64,000 bases of DNA from contig NIVC01003984.1 of the NCBI GenBank assembly GCA_002269645.1, positions 2,445 through 66,444 on the forward strand. Direction: 5' to 3'. Below the pieces are notes generated by a model. The model did no database searches, was not told the origin of the DNA, and saw only the letters and a program-made list of their open reading frames with translations. The translations under genes were made by a program, and so were the position numbers. This DNA comes from Macrostomum lignano (lineage: Eukaryota). Positions within the stretch are counted from its first letter, which is position 1, and each line of letters starts with the position of its first letter. This document shows positions 49,005 to 61,745 of the stretch, one piece after another.

Positions 49005-49814
49005 ATAAATTGATATTCAACGTCATAAATATAGCTATTTGTCTGTGGCCAAAGCATGACCAAGACTTCTTATTTTCAGTTGGAACATGAGACTCCTTAA
49101 AATATAAATTGGACTGTCAGCAACTTTCAATCAGCTACTTTCAATCAGGTCCCAGCGCGTGACAACGATTATCTGGCCAGCGCCACATGACAAGCCTTGT
49201 TTCTTGGAGTCCAAAAGAACAGTAAAAATGTTTACTTCATTGATTTTGCGCGTGCTTATGGCAGAGCTCACGTGCTTCGGAATTCTTGCTTTACTAGGCA
49301 AGGCACTGACGTCAGTTGCTAAAAATAGATCTCACGTGATTTCCATCAAGGAGTTCAGCTTCAGTTTCTAATTATTCAGTTTGCTAAATTCTCCAAGTTT
49401 CCAAATCTGACATTGTCCCGCTTATGTTCTCGCGTCAAACCCAGACTTCTGAGTCTGACCCCAGGCTAACACTGCCCAGCTCCCACTCACTTTTGAGCCC
49501 GGCAGGATCTGCTGACTGATCGTCTGCAATCGTAGATCTGCACCAAGTGCTGATTTCGCTCGTCTTATTAATTTCGTTCCGACGGGAAGCTCACCTCACC
49601 GAAGACTGAGACCCGAAGGGACTGGTGGCAGTAACTATACCTGCGCTACTAGAAAGGCTTCTAATACGGGGATGGAGACCTTGGTCAACTATACTCACGT
49701 TGCCTGAGAAGTGCAGATACAAGACTCGTAGAAGCCGAACCCTCCAAGAAAATCCTAAACACTTCAGGATGTTTTGCAGACTACGAGTAGTTTTGTCTTT
49801 CCTCCACCCGTTAG

Positions 49815-50140
49815 ACAGACACCCACCTCACTTCCAATCTAATCATTTCTCACCACCCCATTTCTTCTCATTTCCTTTCGGTGCACTCCTGTCCACCGGG
49901 AAGACACCCACCTCACTCCCAGCCCAAGCTATCGCACCCACCACCCCATTTCTTATTATTGCCTTTCGGTGCACTCCTGTCCACCGGGAAGACCCCCACC
50001 TCACTCCCAGCATAAGCTATCGCACCCACCACCCAATTTCTTATCATTGGCCTTGCTCTGGACTCCTTCCCACAAACAGACACCCACCTCACTCCCAGCC
50101 CCAACTATCGCCCACCACCCCATTTCTTATCATCGCTTTT
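49815..50140. repeat. About 88-bp imperfect tandem repeat (3-4 copies) between the divergent PK and GPCR starts
   Basis: TTCGGTGCACTCCTGTCCACCGGGAAGAC..CACCTCACTCCCAGC..CTATCGCACCCACCACCC repeated. Confidence 0.8.
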
Positions 50141-51060
50141 CTGTGCATGCCGGGATAAAACTGTGTTTCACTTCTAATTAGCTTTTAATTAATTGCGCTC
50201 AAACAAAAAATGAAAAATTGCTATGTTATATTCTACTCGTCGGATTTTCAAGAAGCCAAACTAGTGTAAGAAGTACGAGGTAGTCAGAAAACTAATTTCC
50301 GAAATGACCGAGCCATTGCCCCTCATCCGCTGTGAGTGCCTGCTTAGCTAGTTGAACTTCTTGCTCAAAGCTTGCTGGAATAAAGATCTCTCGCTTTTAC
50401 TCTGTCGATTGCAAAAGCAAAAAGCAAAGCAAAAGGATGACGTCAATAAGAATATAAATAGATATTTTCGCAAAAGAAATATGGTCTGTGTGAGGGGTGG
50501 CTAAATTTCCGGTGTTGATCACGGACTGCAATTGTTTAAATTAAAAGAAATTGATTTTACTCACTTTGAAATCCGATTCTATCTGATCTTTAATCATGTT
50601 AAGGCAGGTAAACAGTGATTATTACACCCACGTTTTTTCGAGGGCGTAGAGCTGCTGAGGGCTAATCTAGTCAGGTGACTTTCTAGAAAACATGACGCTG
50701 TTCAAGGACCTCCTGACACCTTTAACACCTGGACTAGAGTGTTAAAAGAACACACAAAGAAAGCACTCTGTCTCTAAAGGTGCATGAAGTGAGCACTCTA
50801 GGAACATAAATTGAGCACTCCAATAGCATATAAATTGAGCACTCTAAGAACAAGAAATGAGCACTCTAAGAACACAAGAAAAAGAATGCTTAACTTTCCC
50901 ATTTAGGAGAGGATCAAGAGTAAATATTTTCCAAATTCCCATCTGAACCTTAATCCCCACAGGTGCCGTAAAAGCCCCTGTCTCTATTTCCAAATACTAA
51001 AATTCTATTCTGAAGCTCAGAACATTTGATGCATCAGTCTAATTGCTCTGTCTTAAGCAG

Positions 51061-51110
51061 CCAATCAGAGAGTGCCATGAGGGAGACCAGGCCGCGGCAG
51101 TTTATAAATA
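51061..51110 (+). promoter_or_regulatory. CCAAT and TATA boxes of the GPCR gene
   Basis: CCAATCAG at 51061 and TTTATAAATA at 51101-51110, about 90 nt before the ATG at 51201. Confidence 0.55.
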
Positions 51111-51200
51111 CGGCCTGCGTGGGGGACAGCGGCTGCAACGGCTATCTCCCCTAGAGGATATCCTAAGGCAAATACGAATATAAAAGACAAAAAAGCTGTC

Positions 51201-54200
51201 ATGCAAGCTCAATTACTCGACTTGACTACTTTGGTAAGATTTGTTCCAGCTCTTGCTGTTTTTTGTCTCGATGAGATGAGAGGTGAGATAGAGAGGGAGA
51301 TTATAAAGTTAGGGAGACGAGAGGGGATGAGAGAAGATGAGAGGAGCTAGGAGCTGGTAGGAGATGAGAGCGGTAGGGAGATGGGAGAAGATGAGAGAGG
51401 GAGAGAGATGAGAGAGGATGAGAGGGAGGGAGATGAGAGGGGATGAGAGGGAGGGAGATGAGAGGGGATGAGAGAGGGAGGGAGATGAGAGGGGATGACA
51501 GAGGGAGGGAGATGAGAGGGGAATGAAAGAGGGAGGGAGATGAGAGGGGAATGAGAGAGGGAGGGAGATGAGAGGGGAATGAAAGAGGGAGGGAGATGAG
51601 AGGGGAATGAAAGAGGGAGGGAGATGAGAGGGGATGAGAGAGGGAGGGAGATGAGAGGGGATGAGAGAGGGAGGGAGATGAGAGGGGATGAGAGAGGGAG
51701 GGAGATGAGAGGGGATGAGAGGGAGGGAGATGAGAGGGGATGAGAGAGGGAGGGAGATGAGAGGGGATGAGAGAGGGAGGGAGATGAGAGGGGATGAGAG
51801 AGGGAGGGAGATGAGAGGGGATGAGAGAGGGAGGGAGATGAGAGGGGATGAGAGAGGGAGGGAGATGAGAGGGTATGAGAGAGGGAGGGAGATGAGAGGG
51901 GATGAGAGAGGGAGGGAGATGAGAGGGGATGAGAGAGGGAGGGAGATGAGAGGGGATGAGAGAGGGAGGGAGATGAGAGGGGATGAGAGAGGGAGGGAGA
52001 TGAGAGGGGATGAGAGAGGGAGGGAGATGAGAGGGGATGAGAGAGGGAGGGAGATGAGAGGGGATGAGAGAGGGAGGGAGATGAGAGGGGATGAGAGAGG
52101 GAGGGAGATGAGAGGGGATGAGAGAGGGAGGGAGATGAGAGGGGATGAGAGAGGGAGGGACATGAGAGGGGATGAGAGAGGGAGGGAGATGAGAGGGGAT
52201 GAGTGAGGGAGGGAGATGAGAGGGGATGACAGCGAGTCGGTGGCCAGCGGCAGAACCAGGCAAATTAATTGAATGAAATTCCTGTAGCCAGGCAAAGAGG
52301 ATAAATCAATTAAGAAAACCTCAGAAAACTCTCCAGTTGAATTTGGAGCAAAATGTGGGAGGTGGGATTAGCTCCTGAGGAGGGGAGACTCAAACACTCA
52401 ATTATCAGGGTAGTCAGGCCATCTGCCCCTCTCACAGTCTCTTGGGATCCGAAATCGTCGTATTCACGCGAAACTAAAATAGGATTTGGCAATTATTTCG
52501 AATTTTTTTGCTCTGAGTTCCAATTAGCGATTGGGGAAGAGCGCCTCAGATGTGCATGGATAACAATGCTGACTGAGGCCCTTCATCTGTTTGCATTTTT
52601 ACTCCTCTGTCCAGCATGCTTGACCAGTCGCATTCCCTTGTCACACCCCCTGTCACATCTTCCTGTCACATCTTCCTGGCACATCTTCCTGTCACATCCC
52701 TGTCCCATTCCTCTATCACATTCCCTCATCGCATCCCCCTGTCAACTTTCCCCGCCAAATCTTTCTGTCACACCTCTTCTCACTCTCCCCTTGTTGAATT
52801 CACTGTATTTCATTGTCACATTTGTTTTCAAACTCCTACGTGATGTATCTGTAAAGGATATATAGGTACATCCTTCTCTAGAGTACAGCCAGATGTACAC
52901 CCCATGTGAACACAGCCAGATGTACATCTCATGGGAACACAGCCAGATGTACATCTCATGAGAACACAGCCAGATGTACAACCCAGGTGAACACAGCCAG
53001 ATGTACATCTCATGAGAACACAGCCAGATGTACAACCCAGGTGAACACAGCCAGATGTACATCTCATGAGAACACAGCCAGATGTACATCTCATGAGAAC
53101 ACAGCCAGATGTACATCTCATGAGAACACAGCCATATGTACACCTCATGAGAACACAGCCAGATGTACACCTCATGAGAACACAGTCAGATGTACACCTC
53201 ATGAGAACACAGCCAGATGTACATCTCATGTACACTCTCCCAACCCGCAGCCACCAGCCAACGCTTCGCTGCCACCGTACCCGGGACTGGGCCGCACGAG
53301 CATCGCCAAGAGCAGCATTCTGCTCTGCATTTTCACCTTCGCCCTGCTGACAAACTTGCGCGCTCTCCGACGCGTCACCGACAAGCGTCGAAATGCCCAC
53401 TGCAGTCAGCTGATGCTGCACCTGATTGTGGCCGACCTGCTAGTTGTGTTCTTCTGTTTCCTAGGCAACGTGGCTTGGATGATGACGGTGCAGTTTTACG
53501 GCGGCGACTTGCTTTGCCGGCTGTTCAAATTCCTTCAAGGCCTATCGCTGACCGCCAGCGCCTACGTGACGGTTGCCATCGGCATTGACCGAGCGGTGGC
53601 CGTGGTCAAGCCGTGGAACTGGAGCAGCCCGACTGTTCGGGTGCGACTGCTGACTGCGGCCTGGCTGCTGAGCTGCTTGATGGCCGCGCCGCAGGTGAGA
53701 ATGGGCTTGGCGTGTTAAAGCTGAGGACGTTTTTCACAGCTGCGTACTACCCATCGGGACTGTGTACATTTCATAAGTCTGTGTTCATCCTGACACGGCT
53801 CTGCGTTCACCTCGATGTCTAACAGAGTGCCTCATGTCTAACAGAGTGCCTCATGTCTAACAGAGTGCCTCATGTCCAACACAAGTGGGCTCATGTCTAA
53901 CACAAGTGGCTTCATGTCTAACATAAGTGGCCTCATGTCTAACACAAGTGGCTTCATGTCTAACATAAGTGGCCTCATGTCTAACAGAGTGCCTCATGTC
54001 TAACAGAGTGCCTCATGTCTAACACAAGTGCCTCATGTCTAACACAAGTGGCTTCATGTCTAACATAAGTGCCTCATGTCTAACACAAGTGGCTTCATGT
54101 CTAACATAAGTGCCTCATGTCTAACACAAGTGGCTTCATGTCTAACACAAGTGCCTCATGTCTAACACAAGTGGCTTCATGTCTAACACAAGTGCCTCAT

Positions 54201-57200
54201 GTCTAACACAAGTGTCTCATGTCTAACACAAGTGTCTCATGTCTAACACAAGTGTCTCATGTCTAACAGAGTGTCTCATGTCTAACAGAGTGTCTCATGT
54301 CTAACAGAGTGTCTCATGTCTAACATAAGTGCCTCATGTCTAACAGAATGCTTCATGTCTAACAGAATGCTTCATGTCTAACAGAATGCTTCATGTCTAA
54401 CAGAATGCTTCATGTCTAACATAAGTGGCTTCATGTCTAACACAAGTGCCTCATGTCTAACACAAGTGTCTCATGTCTAACACAAGTGTCTCATGTCTAA
54501 CACAAGTGTCTCATGTCTAACAGAGTGTCTCATGTCTAACATAAGTGCCTCATGTCTAACAGAATGCTTCATGTCTAACAGAATGCTTCATGTCTAACAT
54601 AAGTGGCCTCATGTCTAACAGAGTTCCTCATGTCTAACAGAGTGCCTCATGCCTAAAAGAGTGCCTTATGTCTAACAGAGTGCCTCATTTCTAACACAAG
54701 TGGCCTCATGTCTAACAGAATGCTTCATGTCTAACACAAGTGGCGTCATGTCTAACAGAGTGCCTCATGTCTAACACAAGTGGCCTCATGTCTAACAGAG
54801 TGTCTCATGTCTAACACAAGTGGCCTCATGTCTAACATAAATGCCTCATGTCTAACACAAGTGTCTCATGTCTAACTTTTCAGCTATTCTTCTTTGGACT
54901 GGCCCGAGGCCCATGGAGAGAAGATTTCTACCAATGCGTCTCGCTGGATATGCAGCCCACTAGCACAGACCACCTGACAGCTCACATGGACAAGCTGGTG
55001 CTGGCCTACATGCTGTTTAACATTGCCAGTCTGTTTCTTGGCCCACTGTGCTGCTTGAGCACAGCTTACGGACTCATTATTAGCAGGATCGGGGAAATCT
55101 CGCGAACTGGGCGGTGAGTAAACAGCTATGGAAATATTGATCGATTGTTAATAGCATTAATTAATGGCATTTGTACTTATACTCCTGACTCAATCAGAGA
55201 TACAGAGACTGAGAACGAGTTAGAATATAGGCAGAGGAGCAGATATGAGAGGGGCAGATATGAGAGAGGCAGAGATGAGAGGGGCAGATATGAGAGAGGC
55301 AGAGATGAGAGAGGCAGAGATGAGAGAGGCAGAGATGAGAGAGGATGGATGAGAGAGGCAGAGATGAGAGAGGATGGATGAGAGAGGCAGAGATGAGAGA
55401 GGCAGAGATGAGAGAGGCAGAGATGAGAGAGGCAGAGATGAGAGAGGCAGAGATGAGAGAGGCAGAGATGAGAGAGGATGGATGAGAGAGGCAGAGATGA
55501 AAGGCAGAGATGAGAGAGGATTGGATGAGAGAGGCAGAGATGAGAGAGGCGGAGATGAGAGAGGCAGAGATGAGAGAGGCAGAGATGAGAGAGGATGGAT
55601 GAGAGAGGCAGAGATGAGAGAGGCAGAGATGAGAGAGGCAGAGATGAGAGAGATGGATGAGAGAGGCAGAGATGAAAGGCAGAGATGAGAGAGGATTGGA
55701 TGAGAGAGGCAGAGATGAGAGAGGCGGAGATGAGAGAGGCAGAGATGAGAGAGGCAGAGATGAGAGAGGATGGATGAGAGAGGGAGAGATGAGAGAGGCA
55801 GAGATGAGAGAGGATGGATGAGAGAGGCAGAGATGAGAGAGGCAGAGATGAGAGAGGATGGATGAGAGAGGCAGAGATGAGAGAGGCAGAGATGAGAGAG
55901 GATGGATGAGAGAGGGAGAGATGAGAGAGGCAGAGATGAGAGAGGATGGATGAGAGAGGCAGAGATGAGAGAGGCAGAGATGAGAGAGGATGGATGAGAG
56001 AGGCAGAGATGGGAGAGGCAGAGATGAGAGAGGCAGAGATGAGAGAGGATGGATGAGAGAGGCAGAGATGAAAGGCAGAGATGAGAGAGGATTGGATGAG
56101 AGAGGCAGAGATGAGAGAGGCGGAGATGAGAGAGGCAGAGATGAGAGAGGCAGATGAGAGAGGATGGATGAGAGAGGGAGAGATGAGAGAGGCAGAGATG
56201 AGAGAGGATGGATGAGAGAGGCAGAGATGAGAGAGGCAGAGATGAGAGAGGATGGATGAGAGAGGCAGAGATGAGAGAGGCAGAGATGAGAGAGGATGGA
56301 TGAGAGAGGGAGAGATGAGAGAGGCAGAGATGAGAGAGGATGGATGAGAGAGGCAGAGATGAGAGAGGCAGAGATGAGAGAGGATGGATGAGAGAGGCAG
56401 AGATGAGAGAGGCAGAGATGAGAGAGGATGGATGAGAGAGGCAGAGATGAGAGAGGCAGAGATGAGAGAGGCAGAGATGAGAGAGGATGGATGAGAGAGG
56501 GAGAGATGAGAGAGGCAGAGATGAGAGAGGATGGATGAGAGAGGCAGAGATGAGAGAGGCAGAGATGAGAGAGGATGGATGAGAGAGGCAGAGATGAGAG
56601 AGGCAGAGATGAGAGAGGATGGATGAGAGAGGCAGAGATGAGAGAGGCAGAGATGAGAGAGGATGGATGAGAGAGGCAGAGATGAGAGAGGCAGAGATGA
56701 GAGAGGATGGATGAGAGAGGCAGAGATGAGAGAGGCAGAGATGAGAGAGGATGGATGAGAGAGGCAGAGATGAGAGAGGCAGAGATGAGAGATAGCGGAA
56801 TGGTGGAAATATACCTACGAGCGCGTATATATAATGAACTTAACCAGAGAGGAACTTGTAATCTTTAAATATGCAGTTTCAACGCTCTTCACCAAAATAA
56901 TAATAATATAATAATTATAAGCTTTATCTTATAAGCTCACTTCCGTTCGCATTGAAACTATGGACTTGTTGCCTATGTGTAATTCGAGTCTAGCTAATCC
57001 TTTCATTAAGTGGATGGATTCTGCTATGGGGATCGAATTACATGTATTTTGACTCTGCAATGTAGGTTATAACCTCTATACGACTTTTTGAATAGATTGT
57101 ACAACTTCAAAGCTTTCTTTGCACTTTTAGTGAAAGCTAGTTTACATTGACTCTTTAACTATAATCACTATAGCCTATCGCTGTGTAACAACACCCTTTT

Positions 57201-58461
57201 GTGTAACACCCTCCTGTGTAACACCCTCCTGTGTAACACCCTCCTGTAGAACACCCTCCTGTGCCTGACAGGAGAGTGTTTTATTCCAATATTACAACAA
57301 GCAGTCCAGTTTGCAAATGCAAATGTCCATTTTGTACGCTCGCATGCTGCCTTCAGCAAATTCGTGATAAAATCTACTCTCGGAAACAATGGAGTATGTA
57401 AATTTCAATGAGTCAAATCTCATTGTGCAGCTATAGCACCATCGAATTCATTTCCAAGCCGTTTTTTCATATTTTTGATAAATCAAGCCCTCAAATGAGA
57501 GATTTTTTCTGAGGTTGATTATCAAAGCAATTTTTCTCCAAATTTTAAATTTAATCTTCCGACTGCAACTAGCCAGCATTAGGAAGAATTTAGCCAGTCC
57601 CTATAGACTGACCGATCTCCAACCCTAGAATCTCACCCTGAGAGTTTAATAACACTCTAATTGCTATCTCAGACCCTAGAATCTCACCCTGAGACTCTTT
57701 GTGAGACCGACTCTAGTTGCTATCGCATACCATAGAATCTCACCCTGAGAGTCTTTGTGAGACCGACTCTAATTGCTATCTCAAACGGGTCAAACCCAAG
57801 AATCTCACCTTGAGAGTCTAATTTTCTTCTGCGTCACTTCAGCCACGGATGCTGAAAGTCTGAACGGTTACCAACAGCAACAGCAGCAGCAGCCGCTGCA
57901 GCCCGAACCAGCTCGCCGACACTCGGCACCGACTTCTTAAATAATCATCATCATCCAAAACAGCGGCAGCAGCAGCAGCAGCGGTCTCAACTTCAGACCC
58001 AGTCGCCGCCGAGCTACGAGATGCAATTAAACCAAGCCGGCAACTTCATCGCCAGCTATCGTCAGGCATTTTTACTTCGCGCAAAACTGCGCAGCTTTCG
58101 AATGTTCTCCGTCATCATTTTGACATTCCTACTGCTCTGGCTGCCCTACTGGGGCCTGTACATATTTGCGTGCGCTAACCGGCTTAGCGGAGGTCGGTAC
58201 AACGACGCGGTGGAACTGATTTCAAACGGAGTGTTCTTTTTCGGCATGTCTACCAGCGCTGTGAATCCGGTAATCTACGGGGCTTATCAGAGCCGCTGGC
58301 CGACACCTTTGTCACGCTGTTTTGACCGCTGCTGCTGCTGCTGCTGCAAGAGTCTTGGGCAGCACGAAGATCAACGATCTGGTAGCAGTTGGTTATCGCC
58401 AGCAGCCGTTAATTTGGTGATGAAGCTGAGGAATGAGAGAGCTACTAGCGGACCAGACTGA
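51201..58461 (+). CDS. Rhodopsin-class neuropeptide GPCR, GnRH/AKH/ACP/corazonin-receptor-like
   Basis: Exons 51201-51233 (MQAQLLDLTTL, inferred), 53251-53694 (TM1-4: LIVADLLV, CRLFKF, IDRA), 54884-55113 (FYQCV, TM5), a possible Cys-rich exon 57272-57393, and a last exon to 58461 (TM6 WLPYW, TM7 NPVIY). The acceptor of the last exon is uncertain. Confidence 0.85.
51280..52230. repeat. 24-bp GA-rich array (GAGAGGGAGGGAGATGAGAGGGGAT-like)n in GPCR intron 1
   Basis: Read directly from the sequence. Confidence 0.95.
52880..53232. repeat. 27-bp array (GAACACAGCCAGATGTACATCTCATGA)n in GPCR intron 1
   Basis: Read directly; ends about 20 nt before the acceptor at 53250. Confidence 0.93.
53812..54877. 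repeat. 20-21-bp array (CTCATGTCTAACACAAGTGC)n in GPCR intron 2
   Basis: Read directly; ends 6 nt before the acceptor at 54883. Confidence 0.95.
55235..56790. repeat. 14-15-bp GA-rich array (GAGAGAGGCAGAGAT / GAGAGAGGATGGAT)n in GPCR intron 3
   Basis: Read directly from the sequence. Confidence 0.95.
57620..57820. repeat. Degenerate about 63-bp repeat (AGAATCTCACCCTGAGA...CTCTAATTGCTATC) x3-4
   Basis: Read directly, upstream of the last GPCR exon. Confidence 0.7.
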
Positions 58462-60750
58462 GGTGTGCAGGAACAAGGACCGCATGTTTCTACATGCATG
58501 TAGCACTTCAAATTTGCAATAATTCATTTTACTTTGAAACTGACGAGATACATTTCTCTCCATTTCCGCTCTAAACTCGGCAATTTAGTGTTCTCAGCTT
58601 ATCTTTTTGACATTCAATGATCATAGAAAATGTCACGTTTATTGAATTTGAATTTTTGGTAAAGGCTTACTATACAATGTATAACAAACAATGAAATTTC
58701 AAGCAAAATTTTTGCCAGTTTCTATAGTTCCTGGACTGTATATATAAATTTCAAAATCGATATTTTTCAAAGAATATTTTCCAAAAAAGTTTCTTTATGA
58801 TAAAACCACTCTTCGTGCACTAAAAACAATCAGATTCTCGATCTCAAGTTCTGTTTTTTAAAAAGTTTGAAATCAGCATGAATTTTATATTTTCGATGCT
58901 AACGTATTGTAGTATTTACAATTTTTGTGCAATGAAAACTGAATATTCGATATTTTTACGATGCTTTTCTAGTAAAATTATTTGTTTAAATGAAATTACA
59001 TGGTTTTAATATAGAGGGTCGTAAAGCTATTAGAATCCAACGGGCGAAAAATCTGCAATTTATCAGTTAGCAGTTCAAAAAAATACAAAAAAAAATTATC
59101 TAAACCTTGAAATTCCTGTAAAGTTTCTTTTCACTCCCGTTGAAGTTACTTGCTATTTATCACTCAAGCCGAAAAGCAAAAAGAATAGTCACCGTTGAAT
59201 AGTCTTGGTTCTGTAATCTTGTTTTTTTCATCGAAATGCACCATTGAATCAAAAATTCGCGTTGTTTTCCTTTTTGAATTGTGCTACAATTTTTTTAAGA
59301 TGATATAATCAGTAAACAAAAATACTTTTTCTTATATATACGAGTACATGTACATGTATGCTAATATTTCGTTTTTTTGTCGATCTGACCAAATTACTCG
59401 TAGTAGTAAATATATATCTTCGGTGACAATTTATCATGTATTTTCGTTCCAAGTCCTGTTCTGCTAAAATTATATTATAGTGTTAACTCTTGATAATAAT
59501 TTAATTTAATGTTCGTTCAGTAGCGCAGTGTTTTAATTCAGTCACGTGGCGCAGCCACGACAAGGTTGGGAGGTTGCGCCTCCTCTCTATTGGCTTTGAC
59601 AATAAGCTAGAAAACCCCACAAAAAATCCCTTGCATATTCAAGTAAGGACAAGTTTCGTTATACTTTTTGCGTTGTAATGCATGTATATTTTTTCGTCCG
59701 AATCGATCTACGAGTATATTGCATCTTGTCCTCAACAAGAAAGTTTGTGTATTATGTTTTTGTTCAAGATTGACTTCAATGTGACCTACATTAGCGCAGA
59801 TTCTTTTTAGTTTTCGTGCAGCATTGTTTGCCATCGTTACACGACGTACATGTATATTACCTTTTAAGCCGTGACTCGTAATCCCAAACTTCTATATAAA
59901 AGAAAATTGCTAATTACCATACAAACGCTAATTTTTCATAAATTGCGACAAAAAAGTCGAAATTATTTCCGAAAAACAGAAAAGACAATTAATCAATCTT
60001 AAACAAACGATGTAGTCGTTTCTGTAGAAGAGCACTATGTTGTTCGGAATCAAGAATCATTAATTTTTTTGTGTTGTACGTGTATAATCGTTTTGATTTA
60101 GATATTCTTGTCATTTCTTATCTTCGTGTTTAGAAAAGCTAAAAAATAGATATTAGCGATAAAAAGCATACAAATATTTGTATAGCTATTAGTATATATA
60201 ATTATGGCATATATTTGGCATCACTGAAATTTCAACTGAATGTTCTACTTTTACAAAATAACACGTACAATGGAACTATACAACTTACTTAAATTTTTCG
60301 TTTAATTTTAAATCAAGTATTCCTATATCTACGTAAGCTAGGTACATAAATCACTTATATTACGAGCGCCCGTAGCTACTTGTAGTTAGTTAACTTTTTT
60401 GGATGTTTTATGTGTGCTGTTACGCTAAAATCGCCAATCCTTAAATGAGTTAACTCGATAGAAAATGTTACTCTTAGCACAGAGAGTAACTTACATGTAC
60501 GTTCTGAACATTTGATTTGAATATATGTAGCGGGCCAAGCAGTCTAAAATGTATTATATTAAAACTTAACGCAGATGAATTTAAAAAAAATAATGTTATT
60601 GCTATTGAGAACCAGAAAACGGAAATATACAGTAATTGTTTTCTAAAAATCTCACCAAGAAAAACGTTTTGCTTAACGTTGAATAGTGTGCGCGTTTTAC
60701 CTAATAATAATACTGATAATAATACTAGTAATAATAATAATAATAATAAT

Positions 60751-61148
60751 ATAGTATTTGTCATGCCATCCCAGCCCAGAGACATCCAAACTCAGCCAGC
60801 CCATCTCAACAGTGCGATTTTTACGTAAGCCAGTCAAGTTTTACCATAGACATGCTTCTTAAGGCCATGCAATCTCAGCCACTTTTCAGATTCTTACTGA
60901 CTTTTCTTGCTGCGTTCATTCATTGCTGTTTGTTGCCATTTCATGTCACGTTACAGAAATGATAGCATTGAGATCTGTTTGCAATTGAAATCTATATTGG
61001 CTGAGATTGCATGTCCAGGCTGAGATAGCATGGCCTTAAGAAGCATGTCTATGGTAAAACTCGACTAGCTCGAGCCAAAAAACGCATTGCGGAATGGGGC
61101 TGGCTGAGTTTGGATGTCCCCAGGCCGAGACAGCATGACAAAAGCTAT
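60751..61148. mobile_element. Foldback (Mutator-like) MITE with about 120-bp imperfect TIRs
   Basis: TTTGTCATGC..GACATCCAAACTCAGCCAGCCC..AGTTTTACCATAGACATGCTTCTTAAGGCCATGC..TCTCAGCC is inverted at 61015-61148. Candidate 9-bp TSD AATAATAAT/AATAACAAT (low complexity). Confidence 0.7.
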
Positions 61149-61314
61149 AATAACAATAAAAATAATAGTACTGTAAGAAGTCTTGAAGGTGAGATATACT
61201 GTCCAGTTGGTCCAAAGAAGCAGAAAAATACGAATTCACTAATGCATTTTAAGCAAAAAACCGACTTAGCTAAAGCAAAATTTTTACCATGTCTTGCGCT
61301 TTCACGTGAAGTCC

Positions 61315-61472
61315 TTAAGCATGGGTCTCAATTTCCCTGGCCACACTGTCCCTTCGGAGTGAATCGCGTCGATGTCGCAGACTCAGCGCCAAGCCGATGC
61401 TGATGTAGTAAAAGAACTCAAGCAGCTCGCAGATTGTCAGAACAAATATTCCGCTCCATAGGCCTAGAGCTC
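61315..61472 (-). CDS. Terminal exon (TM2 and tail) of a DEG/ENaC/ASIC-family channel
   Basis: TTTTTTCAG acceptor, then GALGLWSGIFVLTICELLEFFYY, a TM2 signature of the family. No upstream exon recognised in the window. Confidence 0.75.
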
Positions 61473-61745
61473 CTGAAAAAAGAAAGTTTATATAATAGGT
61501 GTACATGCATTTATTAAACTGTGCAAACCTTCATAAAATGGGGGGCACTGCCCTTCACAAATCCAATGAGGGACCCATATCTAGTGGAAGTTGAGGCTGT
61601 CAAAGACCCCCAGGAAATAATGAAAGTCTCTCGTCGAGGATCCCCATTCACTGCAGTGGCAGCCACAGCCATAAAATCCACTGGACCATAGAAAATAAAG
61701 CAAGCGAATCATGAAGCCTTCTTAAGCTTTTTTGATCGGAAACTT

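Noticed and set aside
50274-50297. TACGAGGTAGTCAGAAAA resembling a mariner TIR start
   Set aside because: No partner TIR or transposase remnant was found nearby.
24911-57820. Regularly spaced repeats superficially like CRISPR arrays
   Set aside because: The units are head-to-tail without unique spacers, there are no cas genes, and the context is eukaryotic.
22386-57842. U12-type introns (prompted by ZMAT5)
   Set aside because: None of the modelled donors matches RTATCCTT; all look U2-type.
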